From Octopus vulgaris (Eukaryota), in contig OX597819.1 in the NCBI GenBank assembly GCA_951406725.2, positions 101,556,001-101,620,000 of the forward strand: a DNA stretch of 64,000 nucleotides, read 5' to 3'. The notes beneath the pieces are model-generated. The model was not told the DNA's origin and did not search any database. It was given only the letters and a program-made list of their open reading frames with translations. Both the position numbers and the translations under genes were made by a program. Positions 1 through 14,045 of the stretch are shown in pieces. The stretch's first letter is position 1, and each line of letters starts with the position of its first letter.

Positions 1-32
<32 letters not shown>

Positions 33-40
<8 letters not shown>

Positions 41-120
41 TAAGGGTAGAAATTGATATTTATCAATTAAGACCAGTGGTCTAGCATATTAAAAAAGAAT
101 CCGAAGATTAAAATATTTAT
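33..120 (-). mobile_element. Short (TA)n-embedded repeat fragment, probably a PLE terminus or tail
   Basis: Shares aattaa(g/a)accagtggtctagcatattaaaa with 16580-16690; both copies abut (TA)n. Confidence 0.5.
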
Positions 121-158
121 ATATACCAATTATATATATATATATATGTAAATATATA

Positions 159-320
159 GGACGGGCTTCTTTAAGTTTCCGTCTACCAAATCGCTCAAAA
201 CGTTTTGGTCTGCCCGGGGCTATAGTAGCAGGCACTTGCCCAAGGTGGCACGCAATGGGACTGAACCTAGAACCATGTTATTCATAAGCAAGCAACTTAA
301 CACACAGCCACTCCTACGCC
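159..320 (-). mobile_element. tRNA-derived SINE family A (Nin/Deu-like central domain), 5' half
   Basis: Reverse complement aligns with the head and the ggatttggtagacggaaactgaaagaagcccgtc block of 2960-3368. Confidence 0.85.
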
Positions 321-531
321 GTATGTATATGTATATACATATACATATGTTCCTGTATAATTCTGTGTGTGTGTGTATGTGTGTGTGTGCGTGTGTGTTT
401 GTGTGCGTGCGTGTGCGTAAATAAATATATAGTCATTCAGTTATCAGTGCGTGTTTCTTTGAATAGTTGATTTCTTAAGTAAAGTAAATATATACATATA
501 AATATAAATATACATATATGCATACACGTCT

Positions 532-592
<61 letters not shown>

Positions 593-655
593 CATATATA
601 TATACAAATATATGCATTTGTATGCATATATATTTAATATATATATATGTACACA

Positions 656-713
<58 letters not shown>

Positions 714-1104
714 CTATGTATATGTATATTATGTGTATGTAGATAGAAATGAATTTGTTTATGATTATGTATATTCACAGACATAAATACGTATAAAATT
801 ATGCCTTTGTGTGTATGAGAGTGTGTCCATATATATTTCACGTTAACCGTGTCATAGTGATAAATGTATCTATTCCCTTTTCATACACAATATAATGGAA
901 TAACAACCAGAGCAACAACAACAACAACAGCAACGACAACAACAACAATAATAATAATAATATTAATAATAAGAAGAATGAAACACGAAACGGGCTTGGA
1001 CGGAATCATAACGAAAGCAACCATATTTGCAACAGCAACAAAAATACTCTCAGCAATGATTTCAACTACAACACGAACACTAATAATATTGCTGCTGCTG
1101 CCGT

Positions 1105-1272
<168 letters not shown>

Positions 1273-1299
1273 GACTACAACTACTACTACTGCTGCTGT

Positions 1300-1377
<78 letters not shown>

Positions 1378-2199
1378 AACTATTTTGTCAGTTTACTATT
1401 GATATTCTTTGTATTACAATAATAAGAATACCAGTAACAATAAATAGTACCTACCACCTTAATAATAGAAGACAGTAACTTGCTTTTTGTTTACCTCTTC
1501 TTTTTCTTTTTTCTTTCTTTTTCTTCTTCTTTTTTTCTTTTTCTTCTTCCCTTATCTCTTAAAATTATGTCGGTTTATAATGGGTTAGTGCTTATCACTG
1601 AAATATCATATCTTGTTGCAAGGTTGGTTATAAACATATATTGTAATATAACTTGCGAGGGAGAAGAAAAAGAGAAAGGAAAGATGAGAAAGAATGGTAG
1701 AGAGAGTGAGAGAGAGAGAGTGAGAGAGAGAAAGGTAAGATGTGGAGAGGAACGTGGATTTGTTTGGAGAAAGGGTGGTGACTATATGTGACACACAGTC
1801 ATAATTTTATGGTGACACTCTGTCTCATTTGGTGAATATTATTATTATGGAAATAATAAAAAAGAATCAGTATAAGTTACATGAGGAACGTGTTGTAGAT
1901 GTTGTGCTTTCGTACAACATATGGTGGTGGGGTAGAATTGCATGGTGGTGAAGTGGGAGCTGTTACCAAGCAAAATAAAGGGCTCTGTTAGACGTTCCAA
2001 GCTCATGGCTTTTTGAAATCGTGGGTTTTCTATTTATTTAGTAATTTATTTATTTTTACTATTGTAATATTTTGTTCTTTCATTGGTTTTGTTATACTGT
2101 CTGCTTGTGCTTTGTGAGCACCAGATGGTTCTATTTTTAGTACTGGTTTTATTTTTAGCTGGGTGTTGCTCACAGTTGTTACTCTGCTTATTATTTTTA

Positions 2200-2595
2200 T
2201 GGGTTAGCATTGGCAAAAAGAAACGTGTTGCAAGGTAAAATCTGTCTTGTTGTTCCTGTAAGGAGAAGTTCCTTCACTAGGTAAAAAGGACCCCCTCACT
2301 AGGTGGTAGAAGCTCCTCTTATTGTCACAGTAGATTCTCTCTCTGGGTGACAGAGACTCACTGGGTGATAGAGGCTTCTCTTCCTGACACAATAGTGGCT
2401 CCCTCATTGGATGGATGAGACTCGCCATCTTAGTAGAAGCTCCTTACTGTCTTAGCAGAAGCTCCTTCACTCGCTCAGAAGAAGCCCTTTCACTGTTTCC
2501 TAAGGCTTTCTTGTTCATCAACAAGATACTACTTGTAAGCGTATTCTTAAGGGTGGTCGAAACTGTTGACGTTGGTGGTGGCAATTGGTTTATCT
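2200..2595 (+). mobile_element. Possible solo LTR-like repeat with ~21-bp internal subrepeats
   Basis: Recurring agaagctcct / ttcact units between about 2264 and 2495; no TG..CA termini or TSD confirmed. Confidence 0.3.
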
Positions 2596-2959
2596 GAGTT
2601 ATAAACATTTGCAGTCATGTACGTTTCGCCAAAATCATTTCGGAAAAGTAAAGTGTAATAAAATTGCTTTCGCTAAATTCCTAGGGGAGAAAAAAGTATT
2701 CTTATTGAAGTCTTGACTAACTCTGTTTGAAAATGTAGACACATTCGAAAGAGGATCATCTCTATCGTATATCAATCAATGAAAGGATGTTCATCTCTAA
2801 AAGATGTAACAATCATGAAGTTAGATATACTGACTCATCGAAGGTTATTCTCAAGATCCACATGTTGTATTGAAACGATTACATTTGAATACAGAAGATG
2901 TTTTGCGATTTTCATTTTTCGTAAATACTTACAATCATAGAAGAAGTATGAACAAAATA

Positions 2960-3368
2960 GGTGCAGGAGTGGCTGTGTGGTAAGTAGCTTGCTTGCCAAC
3001 CACATAGTTCCGGGCTCAGTCCCACTGCGTGGCACCTTGGCCAAGTGTCTTTCTACTATAACCTCGGGTCGACCAAAGCCTTGTGAATGGATTTGATAGA
3101 CGAAAACTGAGAGAAGCCCGTCGTATATATGTCTATTTATATATATGTGTGTGTTTGTGTCTGTGTTTGTCCCCCCAACATCGCTTGACAACCGATGCTG
3201 GTGTGTTTACGTCCCCGTAACTTAGCGGTTCGGCAAAAGAGACCGATAAAATAAGTACTAGGCTTACAAAGAATAAGTCCTGGGATCGATTTGCTCGACA
3301 AAAGGCAATGCTCCAGCATGACCGCAGTCAAATGACTGAAACAAGTAAAAAAGTAAAAGAGTAAAAGA
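2960..3368 (+). mobile_element. tRNA-derived SINE family A, full length
   Basis: A-box-like ggctgtgtggtaag, B-box-like gggctcagtccc, internal (TA)/(TG) linker, gtaaaaga-type tail; >10 related copies in window. Confidence 0.9.
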
Positions 3369-3939
3369 CGATAACTTCTGTCTTTCATAAGATAAAGGGA
3401 GGAATCAATAAAGTTCTTGAATAATGAAAGAAAAGTAAAATAATGTTGGTTTCGATTTATTCCATCAAAATCTTCAAGGTGATGCCCCAGCATGTCTGCA
3501 AACCAATGACTGAAACAAGAAAAAGATATAGCGTAAAATATAAAAGGAAGCTTTCAGTTTGAGAGGCGACCGCGTCATCTCTTTAGGGAGAACATACTTA
3601 ACAATATTTCTCTTGACTCATTACTTTCGGAGTTCAAACTTTCCCCAATGTCATACATCTCTTTCATCTTTTCGGTGTCAATAAAATAAGAACAAGTCAA
3701 ATTATGGAATATTTTACTAACCCTTTCTTTCTAAACTGCTGGCTTTCTTCAAAACTTTTTAACGCATTAATATTATCCGTGACGCACTGGCAGATGATAT
3801 ATCAACACTATACCCAAACAGTAAATATATCCAATGGTCCAACGTTCTTAACACCATTCGTCCTCCTTCAAATATTCAATACAATCTTTAGAATTCTTGT
3901 CGTTCCTAAAAAGGCTGTTTTCTATTATTATTATTATTA

Positions 3940-3977
<38 letters not shown>

Positions 3978-4530
3978 GAGTGAGAGAGTAGTGCATGCCA
4001 TCAAAGGGACACTGGGGTAAAATATACGAAGCCCAGTATACCCATCATGACTACCCGTCTGATAAGGGTACACTAGGCACATGCATCACAATAGGATGTG
4101 CGCAACATGGTGATCTCATATCAAGATAAACAGCACATGACCTTGCAAGTGGGGCCCAGTTAGAATTTTCTTCTGGTCGAGTAACCCATCCCGCTCAAAA
4201 GGTCCCTGAATAAGGGTTGTTTAAGGATGTTGAAAGAAACACCCATATTTCCAGAGGTGAATTATTCAAACCCCAAAGAATCCCTCTCAACACATGACTA
4301 TGATGCTCCCCCACTACTTCTGCTTGTGATCAGAGACGCACATATCGTCAGACACTAAGGAACATGCTCAACTGGTTATGGTCAAACAAGTGACAAGCAA
4401 ATCTGTGGTATTGAGCAGAATATTTGCTGTAGCCTATCTTTTTTTACCAAGACAAAACAATGTACATGAGAACGCTTCCAATCACTTAAGATCAGAAGCC
4501 ACGAGGGCCACTACCTGGTCCTGCATTAGT
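3978..4530 (-). mobile_element. Non-coding ~550-bp element inserted in (TAA)n, copy 1
   Basis: End-to-end reverse-complement match to 25956-26501; flanked on both sides by (TTA)n. Confidence 0.85.
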
Positions 4531-4587
4531 ATTATTATTATTGTTATTGTTGTTGTTGTTCTAATTATTATTATTATTATTATTATT

Positions 4588-5197
4588 CAGTAGTTTTATT
4601 TTTATTTTTATAGCGTTCTTTCACTTCACTACCGAGCGCAGCTCTGTGTGCCTTGGGTATGTGCTGTGATTTGTTGTGATGCTCTGATGGTTATTGTATG
4701 GAAAGTGTTCTGCGTAGGATGTGTGCAGTGCCTAGTAGTGCAATTTTCTGTATGTTATATGTGTTTGTAAGTCCTGGTGTTTTTGTTATGTATTTGTCTG
4801 AATATTTTTTTATCATGCCTAATGCACCTACTATGATAGGAATTGTTTCTGTTTTCAGATTCCACATTCTAGTTACCTCTATTTCCAGGTCTTTGTATTT
4901 TGAGAGTTTCTCCATTTCTTTTAGAGACACGTTGTCATCTGCCGGTATTGATAATCAATTAGAAAGCATTTTTTTCTTCATGGTCTCTGACAACTATATC
5001 TGGTCTGTTGGCCTTAATTTCTCTATCTGTGTGTATCGGCATATCCCAGAGTATGGTTGCTTTCTCGTTTTCTGTGACCTTTTCTGGTGTGTGCCTATAC
5101 CATCTTTTTTCTGTTGTTATTCCATAATGTTGGCATAGCTTCCAATGTATGTAAGTTCCAACTCTGTCATGTCTGTGAATATATTCCTTCTTAGCCT
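4588..5197 (-). mobile_element. 5'-truncated R4/Dong-clade non-LTR retrotransposon (RLE endonuclease C-terminus and 3'UTR)
   Basis: Minus-strand translation RHDRVGTYIHWKLC..ILWDMPIHTDREIKANRPDIVV..KEMEKLSKYKDLEIE..IPIIVGALG..QKIALLGTAHILRR with a frameshift; flanked by (TAA)n on both sides. Confidence 0.9.
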
Positions 5198-5199
5198 CC

Positions 5200-5317
<118 letters not shown>

Positions 5318-5481
5318 CAGCAGTATTGTTATTACTATTATTGCTATCATTATTATTTTATGATTGATTTGAATTTTATTTTATCTTCGGACCAGGTCTC
5401 AATGAGAGACCTAACAGATTGAGAGAAACTTTCTGAGGATGTGGGTGGTTGATGTCAACAGAATGTTTTGATTTCTTGGTG

Positions 5482-5559
<78 letters not shown>

Positions 5560-5567
5560 TTATTATT

Positions 5568-5600
<33 letters not shown>

Positions 5601-7121
5601 AATATTATTATTTGAAATGAAAAATGAAATGTGGCAGATATACAGAAATTCAAAATATGAACGGGAATATGCTACGTTAATTTTTTTTAGATAAAACGAT
5701 GTCATTTGTTTTCGTTTTTTCATACCTGGTAACGATGAAAATGAAATCACAATGAACGTGGGAAAGAGACTACTTATTCAAAGGGCTTTGCGTAAATGTA
5801 GCATAACTCTCCTGGCGTTTCTTTCATCCCTGCAGGGCATGTCGTCGGTAATTCTCAAGTATATTTATCTTTGTGTGTATTGAATAATGAAAATAAAGTA
5901 GAATCAGAATATTTTCTAACAATGTGCACTTCCAAGCGTTCCCCCAAATTTTAACCATTTGACATAAAATATTCAACAATTTCCGTTATACTACTGTTAT
6001 TGTGCCTGACGTCATACCTATGTTCACTGAATCTTTTTTTATTTAATCATTCTGTTGTGCAAGCTGTATAAATCCCAATGCGTTTGGTGCATTTAGCTGC
6101 GTGCACAAAATGCGATTCCTTACACATCACACCTTCTGTATAAATCATTACGTTTCTTTTAAAATTTTTGATGGAATTGAATTGACTTATATTGTCGTAC
6201 AATGAACAGGACTCACCTCTCTTGCGTTTGGCTTTTGGAGTGTAGCGTTCGTAAACTCCATGGTAGTTTTATTTAGGTTAAAGCTAATGGTTAGTACCTC
6301 TCTTACATTTTTATTGGATCTATAAGCGGATGATGAAATATATGTTTGAAGCAAGAACATTTTTCTGAATTATCCAGGTAACTTTCATGCAGTGATGGAA
6401 GTAATGAAATTTCACTGCCAGTTAATCTCTAAAGGATTTTGACCACAAAGGTTTACTTTGTCTGCTAAAATTAAGTTTAAGTGTTTTGACCTTCCTTGTT
6501 AATTTTAGCTATGGCAGTTGCGATTTCCTTTCATAGGGATTCACCCAGACCATGTTTGACATAACGATATACAAATGCATTTGCATGTTTTTAGTTATCC
6601 CCTATGTCATTACAAATCCGTTTTATCCTCAAGACGTGAATTTTCGGATTTCATTTAATCGTATAATGTAGATGATGGGAGAGGGTAACGGTAAATGTAG
6701 GATGACTTTTGCTTGCAAAATAACCCTGTCACTATTCGGCAATTCTGAAACGTTTGTGTCCAAAAATTTGAAGCTACTTTTTAATAAACAAGACGCACAT
6801 TTTATACTGGACTTACAGACACCGCTTTCTTTCTTTCTTTTTTTTTTATGCGAAACATTCTCAGAAATGTAACAAGTTAACTAAAATTTCCTGCAATCTT
6901 TCCCTGACAAAAAAGACATCAGCAATATACTGTAATCAGAAAGGAACGCAAGAGATTCCCGTTCATATATAAACTTCTGTATTTCTGCTTTCTTTTTCAT
7001 TTTTCATTTTGAACGCAACGAAAACTAACAAGCTGTCGATATTTTAGTCAATTCTATTAACAGAACCGAACCGAACCGATCACTGTTTAATACAAATCGC
7101 ATCGCGCTTTTCTTATTACTA

Positions 7122-7193
<72 letters not shown>

Positions 7194-7682
7194 TATTTCT
7201 TTATTTTAGATTTATTTCTTTATTATTATTAATATTATTATCGCTGATGTTGCCTTATTGTTGTGAATCCCCAATACTCTTAACAGCGTAACATTTCAAA
7301 GAATCACAACATGTGATCCATACAAGTTGTGTTTAACTGATCTTCGCATATAATCAATAAATTCTCTCTTGCACAAGCAAAATAGTATACGGCCATCTGA
7401 TTTGCCCTGACAACTCGACTATTATTCCCCCAACAGGTAGGCTTTGCTAAATATAGAATGTAAAACCCAGCTCAAATGCGCTATCTTCTAATTCAACAAA
7501 TTTTTATCTCGTAACCGTGGAATCGGTTACGAAGTATCTTATTAAACTTATCTATTTCTTCCTTATTCTAATAAGTTAGTCAATGAATATGTGCATCTAA
7601 AATACCCAATCGATATTACATTATAGGACACACACAGATGCAGACACACACACTTATATGTGTGTATATATATATGTGTGTG

Positions 7683-7955
7683 TGTGGAGGCGCAGCGGAC
7701 TCGCGGTTTCGATTCCCAGACCGGGCGTTGTGTGTTTTTATTGAGCGAAAACACCTAAGGCTCCACGAGACTCCGGCGGGGGTGATCACTGCTGTACACT
7801 ATTTCGCCCCAACTTTCTCTCACTCTCTTTTCCTGTTTCTTGAGTAACGCTGTGATGGACTGGCATCTAGTCCTACTAGGGTGGGGGAACACATATGCCA
7901 CAAGAACCGGGAAACCGACCCCATGAGCCTGGCTAGGCTTGAAAATGGCGCATAA
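7683..7955 (+). mobile_element. tRNA-derived SINE family C (resembles octopus OR1/OR2 type) with deletions in the head
   Basis: Homologous to 58552-58856 (gcagcggactcgcgg..cagaccgggcg..gagcgaaa..tttcgcc..caactttctctcact..ccgggaa..atgagcc). Confidence 0.8.
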
Positions 7956-8585
7956 ATATATATATATGTATATTTACGCGTATCACTTTATAATTTACCT
8001 GATAAAAAGATTCTACGCAGTATATAAAATTATATTATTTTTCGACTCCCAAATCACGAATTATCCATTTGGAAGAAATGAATAAGTTCGTGACATCATA
8101 TATCCTTTAAATTACAGTCATGATATCTTTAATGATATATTGTTGAAAACGTATGGTAAGTTAGGCCACTAACAGCGCCCGTGGAATGATATAAATCGTA
8201 AGAGGTGTAAATATTGAAAAGAAAAAAATTAAACTGAGAAAAGAACTAGAAGTTTTTTTTTTCTACAATTCCCGAGCTGATTATTGAACCTCGCTGGTTA
8301 TCGTTCCTTTCTCATGTGTAATAGAACCCAATTTGAATATGGGAATAGTGCGAAAATTTGCTTTCTCTTTGTCATAATATTAAAAAAAAACATTTCTATA
8401 GTTGTAATCGGAGATGATCATTCATTCACGAAGATCATTAGCTACAAATCAGAAATACCTCCAATCGGACGTCGAGAGTGCAACATAGATTTTGCCTAGA
8501 CAGAATCTTCCCCAGCCGTTCACTGTTAGAAAAAAAAATTCATTTATTATATAGGTAAAGGAGTGTCGGCGTATCTACATATCTG

Positions 8586-8617
<32 letters not shown>

Positions 8618-8714
8618 AACACACACGCACACTGTTATATATATGGACACCTCCATCTCTACATAAAAATCATATCTAAATCACATCTGTCTATCTATCT
8701 ATAAGTATTCATAT

Positions 8715-8926
8715 ACATATATATTTTGGATTTGGATAAAAGAAAATGCTGGAGGATCGGTATTATGATTTTATTCAACGCATCCCGCCCCTCTCAGATT
8801 CAAACGCTTATTGCAACGGTCCTTCAGTATTTCTAAAACATGACTAATTTATTAGAACAGGGAACACTGTAAAACAACCAAACCATTCGTGACACCCTTA
8901 CGACCAGAAAATTTTCAGCACTCGTA

Positions 8927-8927
<1 letters not shown>
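8715..8927. mobile_element. Degenerate mariner-type MITE
   Basis: Right end accagaaaattttcagcactcgta resembles the mariner TIR form tacgag..gtgctgaaaa..tctgg; left TIR eroded. Confidence 0.4.
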
Positions 8928-8957
<30 letters not shown>

Positions 8958-9077
8958 ATTGCTAAGTTCTATGTTTCTAGTTTGATAATAGAGTTTATTA
9001 TAAGTAAAATTATTATATTATTTATATCTTTAAAATATTGTTTAAATATTTCTGATTATATTTTAGATATTTCAATT

Positions 9078-9144
9078 ACCTGAAGATTGACTGTAACCAT
9101 AACTCGAATTATTACGAATTGGACAGCCATGAAACGATCGTAGT
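9078..9144 (+). ncRNA. Minimal type I hammerhead-like motif in PLE pLTR remnant (degenerate)
   Basis: ac-CTGAAGA-ttgactgt..acagccat-GAAA-cgatcg-TA-gt; palindromic stem III acgatcgt; block flanked by (TA)n. Confidence 0.6.
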
Positions 9145-9276
9145 CTTTTACTCATTATCTTTTATTAAACTTTTAATACTTTTGATATATATTTAAAATA
9201 ATTTAAATTAATTAATTTTATGTATTGGCTTAAGTTTTTCATTGTTTGATTTGCCTAATAGTGGTTTTATCTCTAA

Positions 9277-9312
<36 letters not shown>

Positions 9313-9329
9313 ATATATATATATATATC

Positions 9330-9540
9330 CCTGTTGTACTATTACCATGTTGGTCCACTGGACATAATACTTTTGTTTCATTGTCTCTCTATTTATTTCA
9401 TCGTATTGCTTTCTGTCGAACAGCATTGGCTTGAAACCTAAAAGGCTTTTCCATCTTACCCGAGCATCAAACTAATACACTTCTTTGTTGTTCCAACACC
9501 TGTCTTCGTCTTCGTTTTTCTATAGGTTTGAACTATGTAT
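9330..9540 (+). mobile_element. PLE pLTR remnant with degenerate hammerhead (9409-9444)
   Basis: cttt-CTGTCGA-acagc-attg-gctt-GAAA-cc-TA-aaag followed by gagc..aaactaatac..acacctgtcttcgtctt, homologous to 15300-15455 and 30820-30960(-). Confidence 0.65.
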
Positions 9541-11103
9541 ATTATGCATGGGTGACTGTTGGTTTTCCACAAACACCTTGCTTGGTTTTGTGCCTTGGAG
9601 AATAACATTCTAGGTGCAATTCCATGGTCGTTTATGATCAAAGAAGATCCTTATACAAATCCTGTATACAACTACGTATTGAGAGGTAACAGATATACAG
9701 AATGATTTACTTGTTATTTTAAAAGTCAGTGTTCATGCTAGAATCACCATCGACATACGGGATCCAATAATGGACATGTCTACCATACATCCGTACCTAA
9801 ACACATTTATACAGTGTGTGAGAGTGCCTGTACCCTTTCCCTCAGGTATCGTCATGACAGACGGTGTGCCTTGGGCGTTTTTCGTTTGCAGACCAACTCC
9901 TCAGAACCTGAACACTGCCGCTGCCTTTTAGAGATAGAGACAGAGACAGACAGACAGACAGATAGACAGAGAGAGAGAGAGGCAGGTACAGGCAGATAGA
10001 GAGATAAAAAGAAAGAGTGACAGGAAGACAACTACCTTCTCTCAGTACAAGACCGTTACTTTATTTATCGAATCTCAATGGGTGAAACGCAAATTTCACC
10101 ATGCCGGGATTTATAATCAGAATGTATGTATGTATAATATGTATATGTATGTGTGTATGTATGTGTGTATGTATGCATGTGTGCATGTGTGTATGCAAAC
10201 ATACATGCTTACATACATAGACACGCGTACACAACACACATGGATGCACACATGGATACACACATACATAAACATACATAGCAATGTTATTATACAAAGT
10301 ACTTCCGCATTGATTTTGCTCACTAACTTCTACTCACAGAACTCTGATTTCCATCAACCCGAAGTTACTGTAAAAAAAAAGGAAAGAAAAAAGAAAAATT
10401 CCTCTCCCGAAGGTATTATGTAGTAAGACTGAACAAGCAATCTCTTTGTTGTGAATCGTATTTCTGTTATCGCACAATTTTCCTTTCACCTAGACAAAAG
10501 CGAAATATTAGTAGATATCACGGAGTTAAAGGAAATATTTCTGTTATTCTCTGTCCCAATACAAGATACGTTTCCAAGAGAAATTATAAGAAACCAGAAA
10601 GAAATATGAATAATGTCGTATTAATTACGTTTAGCGATTTTTATTTTATATTTTTTTAGCTCTTACCAAGAATGAAAACGTTCTTCTTTCTTCTTGGTTT
10701 AGCTGTATTTGGAGTTGTTCTTGCTGCTGTTGTTGTTGTTGTTGTTTTGGTCATCGTCGTCGTTCATATTTTTTTTTTTGTTGTTGATGCAACTGTCGTC
10801 TTTGATGTTGTTGTTGTTACTCTTCTCGTTCTCGTCCGTCTTATTAATAATGTTGTTGTAGTTGTTGTTGCTGCCTTGACTATAATCAGCGAGGATTGTT
10901 TTCAGTGTTGTTTTTGTTGTTCGGAAAGATTAATTCCGTAGTTGTTTGTTGTTGTCGTTGTTAGTGTTGGTAGTGGAGATTATTGCTTGCTGTGCTCTTC
11001 ACTGGTGGTGCTGATGGTGGTGGTGGTGGTGGTAGCACTATATCAATATTATTGGTTTGACTTAAGCTGAAGCGGGAATCTGATAAGATTGTTTAAGTGT
11101 CGA

Positions 11104-11335
11104 AGGCGGCGAGCTGGCAGAAACGTTAGCACGCCGGGCGAAATGCATAGCAGTATTTCGTCTGTCGCTACGTTCTGAGTTCAAATTCCGCTGAAGTCGA
11201 CTTTGCCTTTCATCCTTTCGGGGTCGATTGAATAATTCCCAGTTACACGCTGGGGTCGATATAATCGACTTCATCCCTTTGTCTGTCCGTGTTTGTCCCA
11301 TCTATGTGTAGACCCTTGTGGGTAGTAAAGAAATA
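11104..11335 (+). mobile_element. tRNA-derived SINE family B (Meta-like domain) with Tx1-like 3' tail
   Basis: ggcggcgagctggcagaa head, gagttcaaattcc B-box, gtcgactttgcctttcatcctttcggggtcga core. Confidence 0.88.
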
Positions 11336-11519
11336 GGTATTTCGTCTGCCGTTCAAACTTCTTTATAGTAATTCTTCAGGATATTTACTCTCTGAGTTCA
11401 AATCCCGCTGAAATCATATTTGGATGTTTTTTTTTTTCTTTTAGGTAGTTGATAATTTAAGAACTAGTCACGTACTGAAATCAATTACAATCCTTTCCTT
11501 CGCCTATCGTTTTTAAATT

Positions 11520-11700
11520 TTGACACAGTACTCAACTGGTAATAATTTTACAGACCCCGAAAGGAGAAAAGGATGAAAGGCAAAGACGGCCGATGAAGAA
11601 TCTGAGCTCCAAACATAAAGACGGGCGAAATGTCGTTAGCTATTGTACCTGGTGTTCTATCTAACTTCTCTACCTGTTCGTCGCTTTCCTTTGTCCCTAT
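11520..11700 (-). mobile_element. SINE family B, degenerate copy
   Basis: Reverse complement of core (ccccgaaagg..ggatgaaaggcaaag) and head. Confidence 0.7.
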
Positions 11701-12364
11701 ATTAGAAACTTATTTAGATTTCAGTGGTCAACATTCGAGTACAATCATGATCAAAGATGCTACAGCCACGACAGTCCTATCATTTTCTTCAGCCAGTGTA
11801 TCAAGGATTACATTAACCGAGACTTTACATTTTTAGAAATCAGTAGACTAACATTTGAGCGAGATGCAGTTGCGACTTCTTACTTAATGTAGATGTGGTT
11901 GTATGGGTGGTGGTGTTGGTGGTGTTGGTGCTTTAAATACCGTTATTGCTGAGATTCATCTCTTGTTGTTTCTGTTTTTATTACCGTATTCAATATTGTT
12001 GTTGATATATTTTTCTCCTAAGAAATTCACGATGGTATGACATATCACTAATACTGAAAGAAAAGGGAAAAAATGAATAATAAATATATATAAAAACGAA
12101 AATTACATGAAACAGAATTGATTATGTTTTACGAAGTAGAAATACGGATTTTATTTTCGTTGATGTTGTTGTTGTTATTGCTATTGTTGTTGTTCTGTTA
12201 TTTGTATGTAAGCGTGTGGTTGTCTTTGGTTCACATTCTTCAATTCATTTATTTATATATTTAGTCTTGGAGTGATCTGTAATTCACTTATATGTCTGCT
12301 AATTCTTTGGATATTCGGTCATATTTGACTGTCATGCTTAGACAACGTGTATTCATCCACACAC

Positions 12365-12410
<46 letters not shown>

Positions 12411-13020
12411 AGATAGAAAGGGGGAGAGGGGGAGACAGACAGACAGAGACAGTGGTGAGAGAGAAAAGAGAAAGAAAGTGGTGGTGGTGGTGGTGGTGGT
12501 GGTGGTTTTGGTGGCGGCGGTGGCGGCGGTTGCGGCGGTAGCGGCGGCGGTGGTGGTTGTGGTGGTGATGATGGAAAGGAATTGCTCTTTGAATTAGAGT
12601 CCATCCACTACAATTGTCTGAAAGGAAATAGGCGAGAAAGAAACGAAGAAATATTGGAATAAAGCAAAAGAAGAAATAGAGAAATAAAAAATAAGAACAT
12701 ACGTAAACAAAAGTAATAATAATATAATATACGCAAAATAAATAATAACAACAATAATAGCAAAAACAACAACAACAACAACTTTGAAATATAGATAAAT
12801 AAATAAATGAAAACACATTGAACCCAAGCGATTGAGTTTAGGCTAAAAACCAAAATCGATTGAACTCCCTAATGATGCCAAATTTCCATGGGTAAATCGC
12901 GTGATTGGCATCGCTACTTTATAATTCGGACCTCGCTTCCGTAGCAATCAGCGTTTCCGGTTTGTTAGCTGTAACCTTGTCTGACCATGAAGGACCGACC
13001 AACAGGAGCAAAAACTAGGC

Positions 13021-13021
<1 letters not shown>

Positions 13022-13074
<53 letters not shown>

Positions 13075-13087
13075 ATGTATGTAAATG

Positions 13088-13122
<35 letters not shown>

Positions 13123-13228
13123 CTATATATATATATGTATGTATATATATATATGTTTATATATATATATATATATATAAACATATATATATATGTATGT
13201 ATATATGTATCTATATATATGTATGTAT

Positions 13229-13292
<64 letters not shown>

Positions 13293-13307
13293 GCATATAT
13301 ATATGTA
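13022..13307. repeat. Compound (TA)n microsatellite
   Basis: Direct reading; representative of dozens of such arrays in the window. Confidence 0.95.
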
Positions 13308-13344
13308 TAAATGTAAGAAGCCGATGATGAAGATAGATGAAATT

Positions 13345-13400
<56 letters not shown>

Positions 13401-14004
13401 TGTAGTAGTAGTAGTAGTAGATGAAGAAGGGTAACAACTAATAACAGCAAGAACAGTAACAACAGAATCGTGAACGAGAACAAGGATGTAGCTAGCCTTG
13501 ATTCCTGAACATAGCATTACGATTGAATGGTTAAATAAATGAATGAATCAAAAAAAAATAAAAGAAAGAAAGATGCGAAGAAAAGAAACAGACTAAAAAA
13601 AAAAACGTACTTAAGAAAGAAATGGTTGAATGATAAAGCGAAGACGAGCTGGGAAGAAAAACGAAATCATAAAAACAAAAAGAATGAAAATGTTAGAAAA
13701 AAAAAGCAGGAAGGAAAATAAGAATGTAAAAAATAATAATAATAATAATAGGGGAAAGTAGGAGACGGGTAAAGGAGAAAAAAAAATAGACAGTGAAATG
13801 TAAGTAATAAGGTGAAGAATATAAGTCAAGTGCATTTACGGTAGGAAAAATAGCTATAGTGGAACGTGTGTTTCTTGCTGCGATGATTTCTCATTTCCTA
13901 CGCAATCTGTTCGCAAGTTAAAGCCGTCGTTTCCCCGGCCCACGTGATCTACACCAATAACAATGCCTGCCTGCAATATCAGTAGCAGCAACACCGAGCA
14001 GTAT

Positions 14005-14045
<41 letters not shown>

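Noticed and set aside
12830-13020. Promoter (CCAAT, TATA-like, CpG-richer patch)
   Set aside because: Short motifs expected by chance; no linked exon
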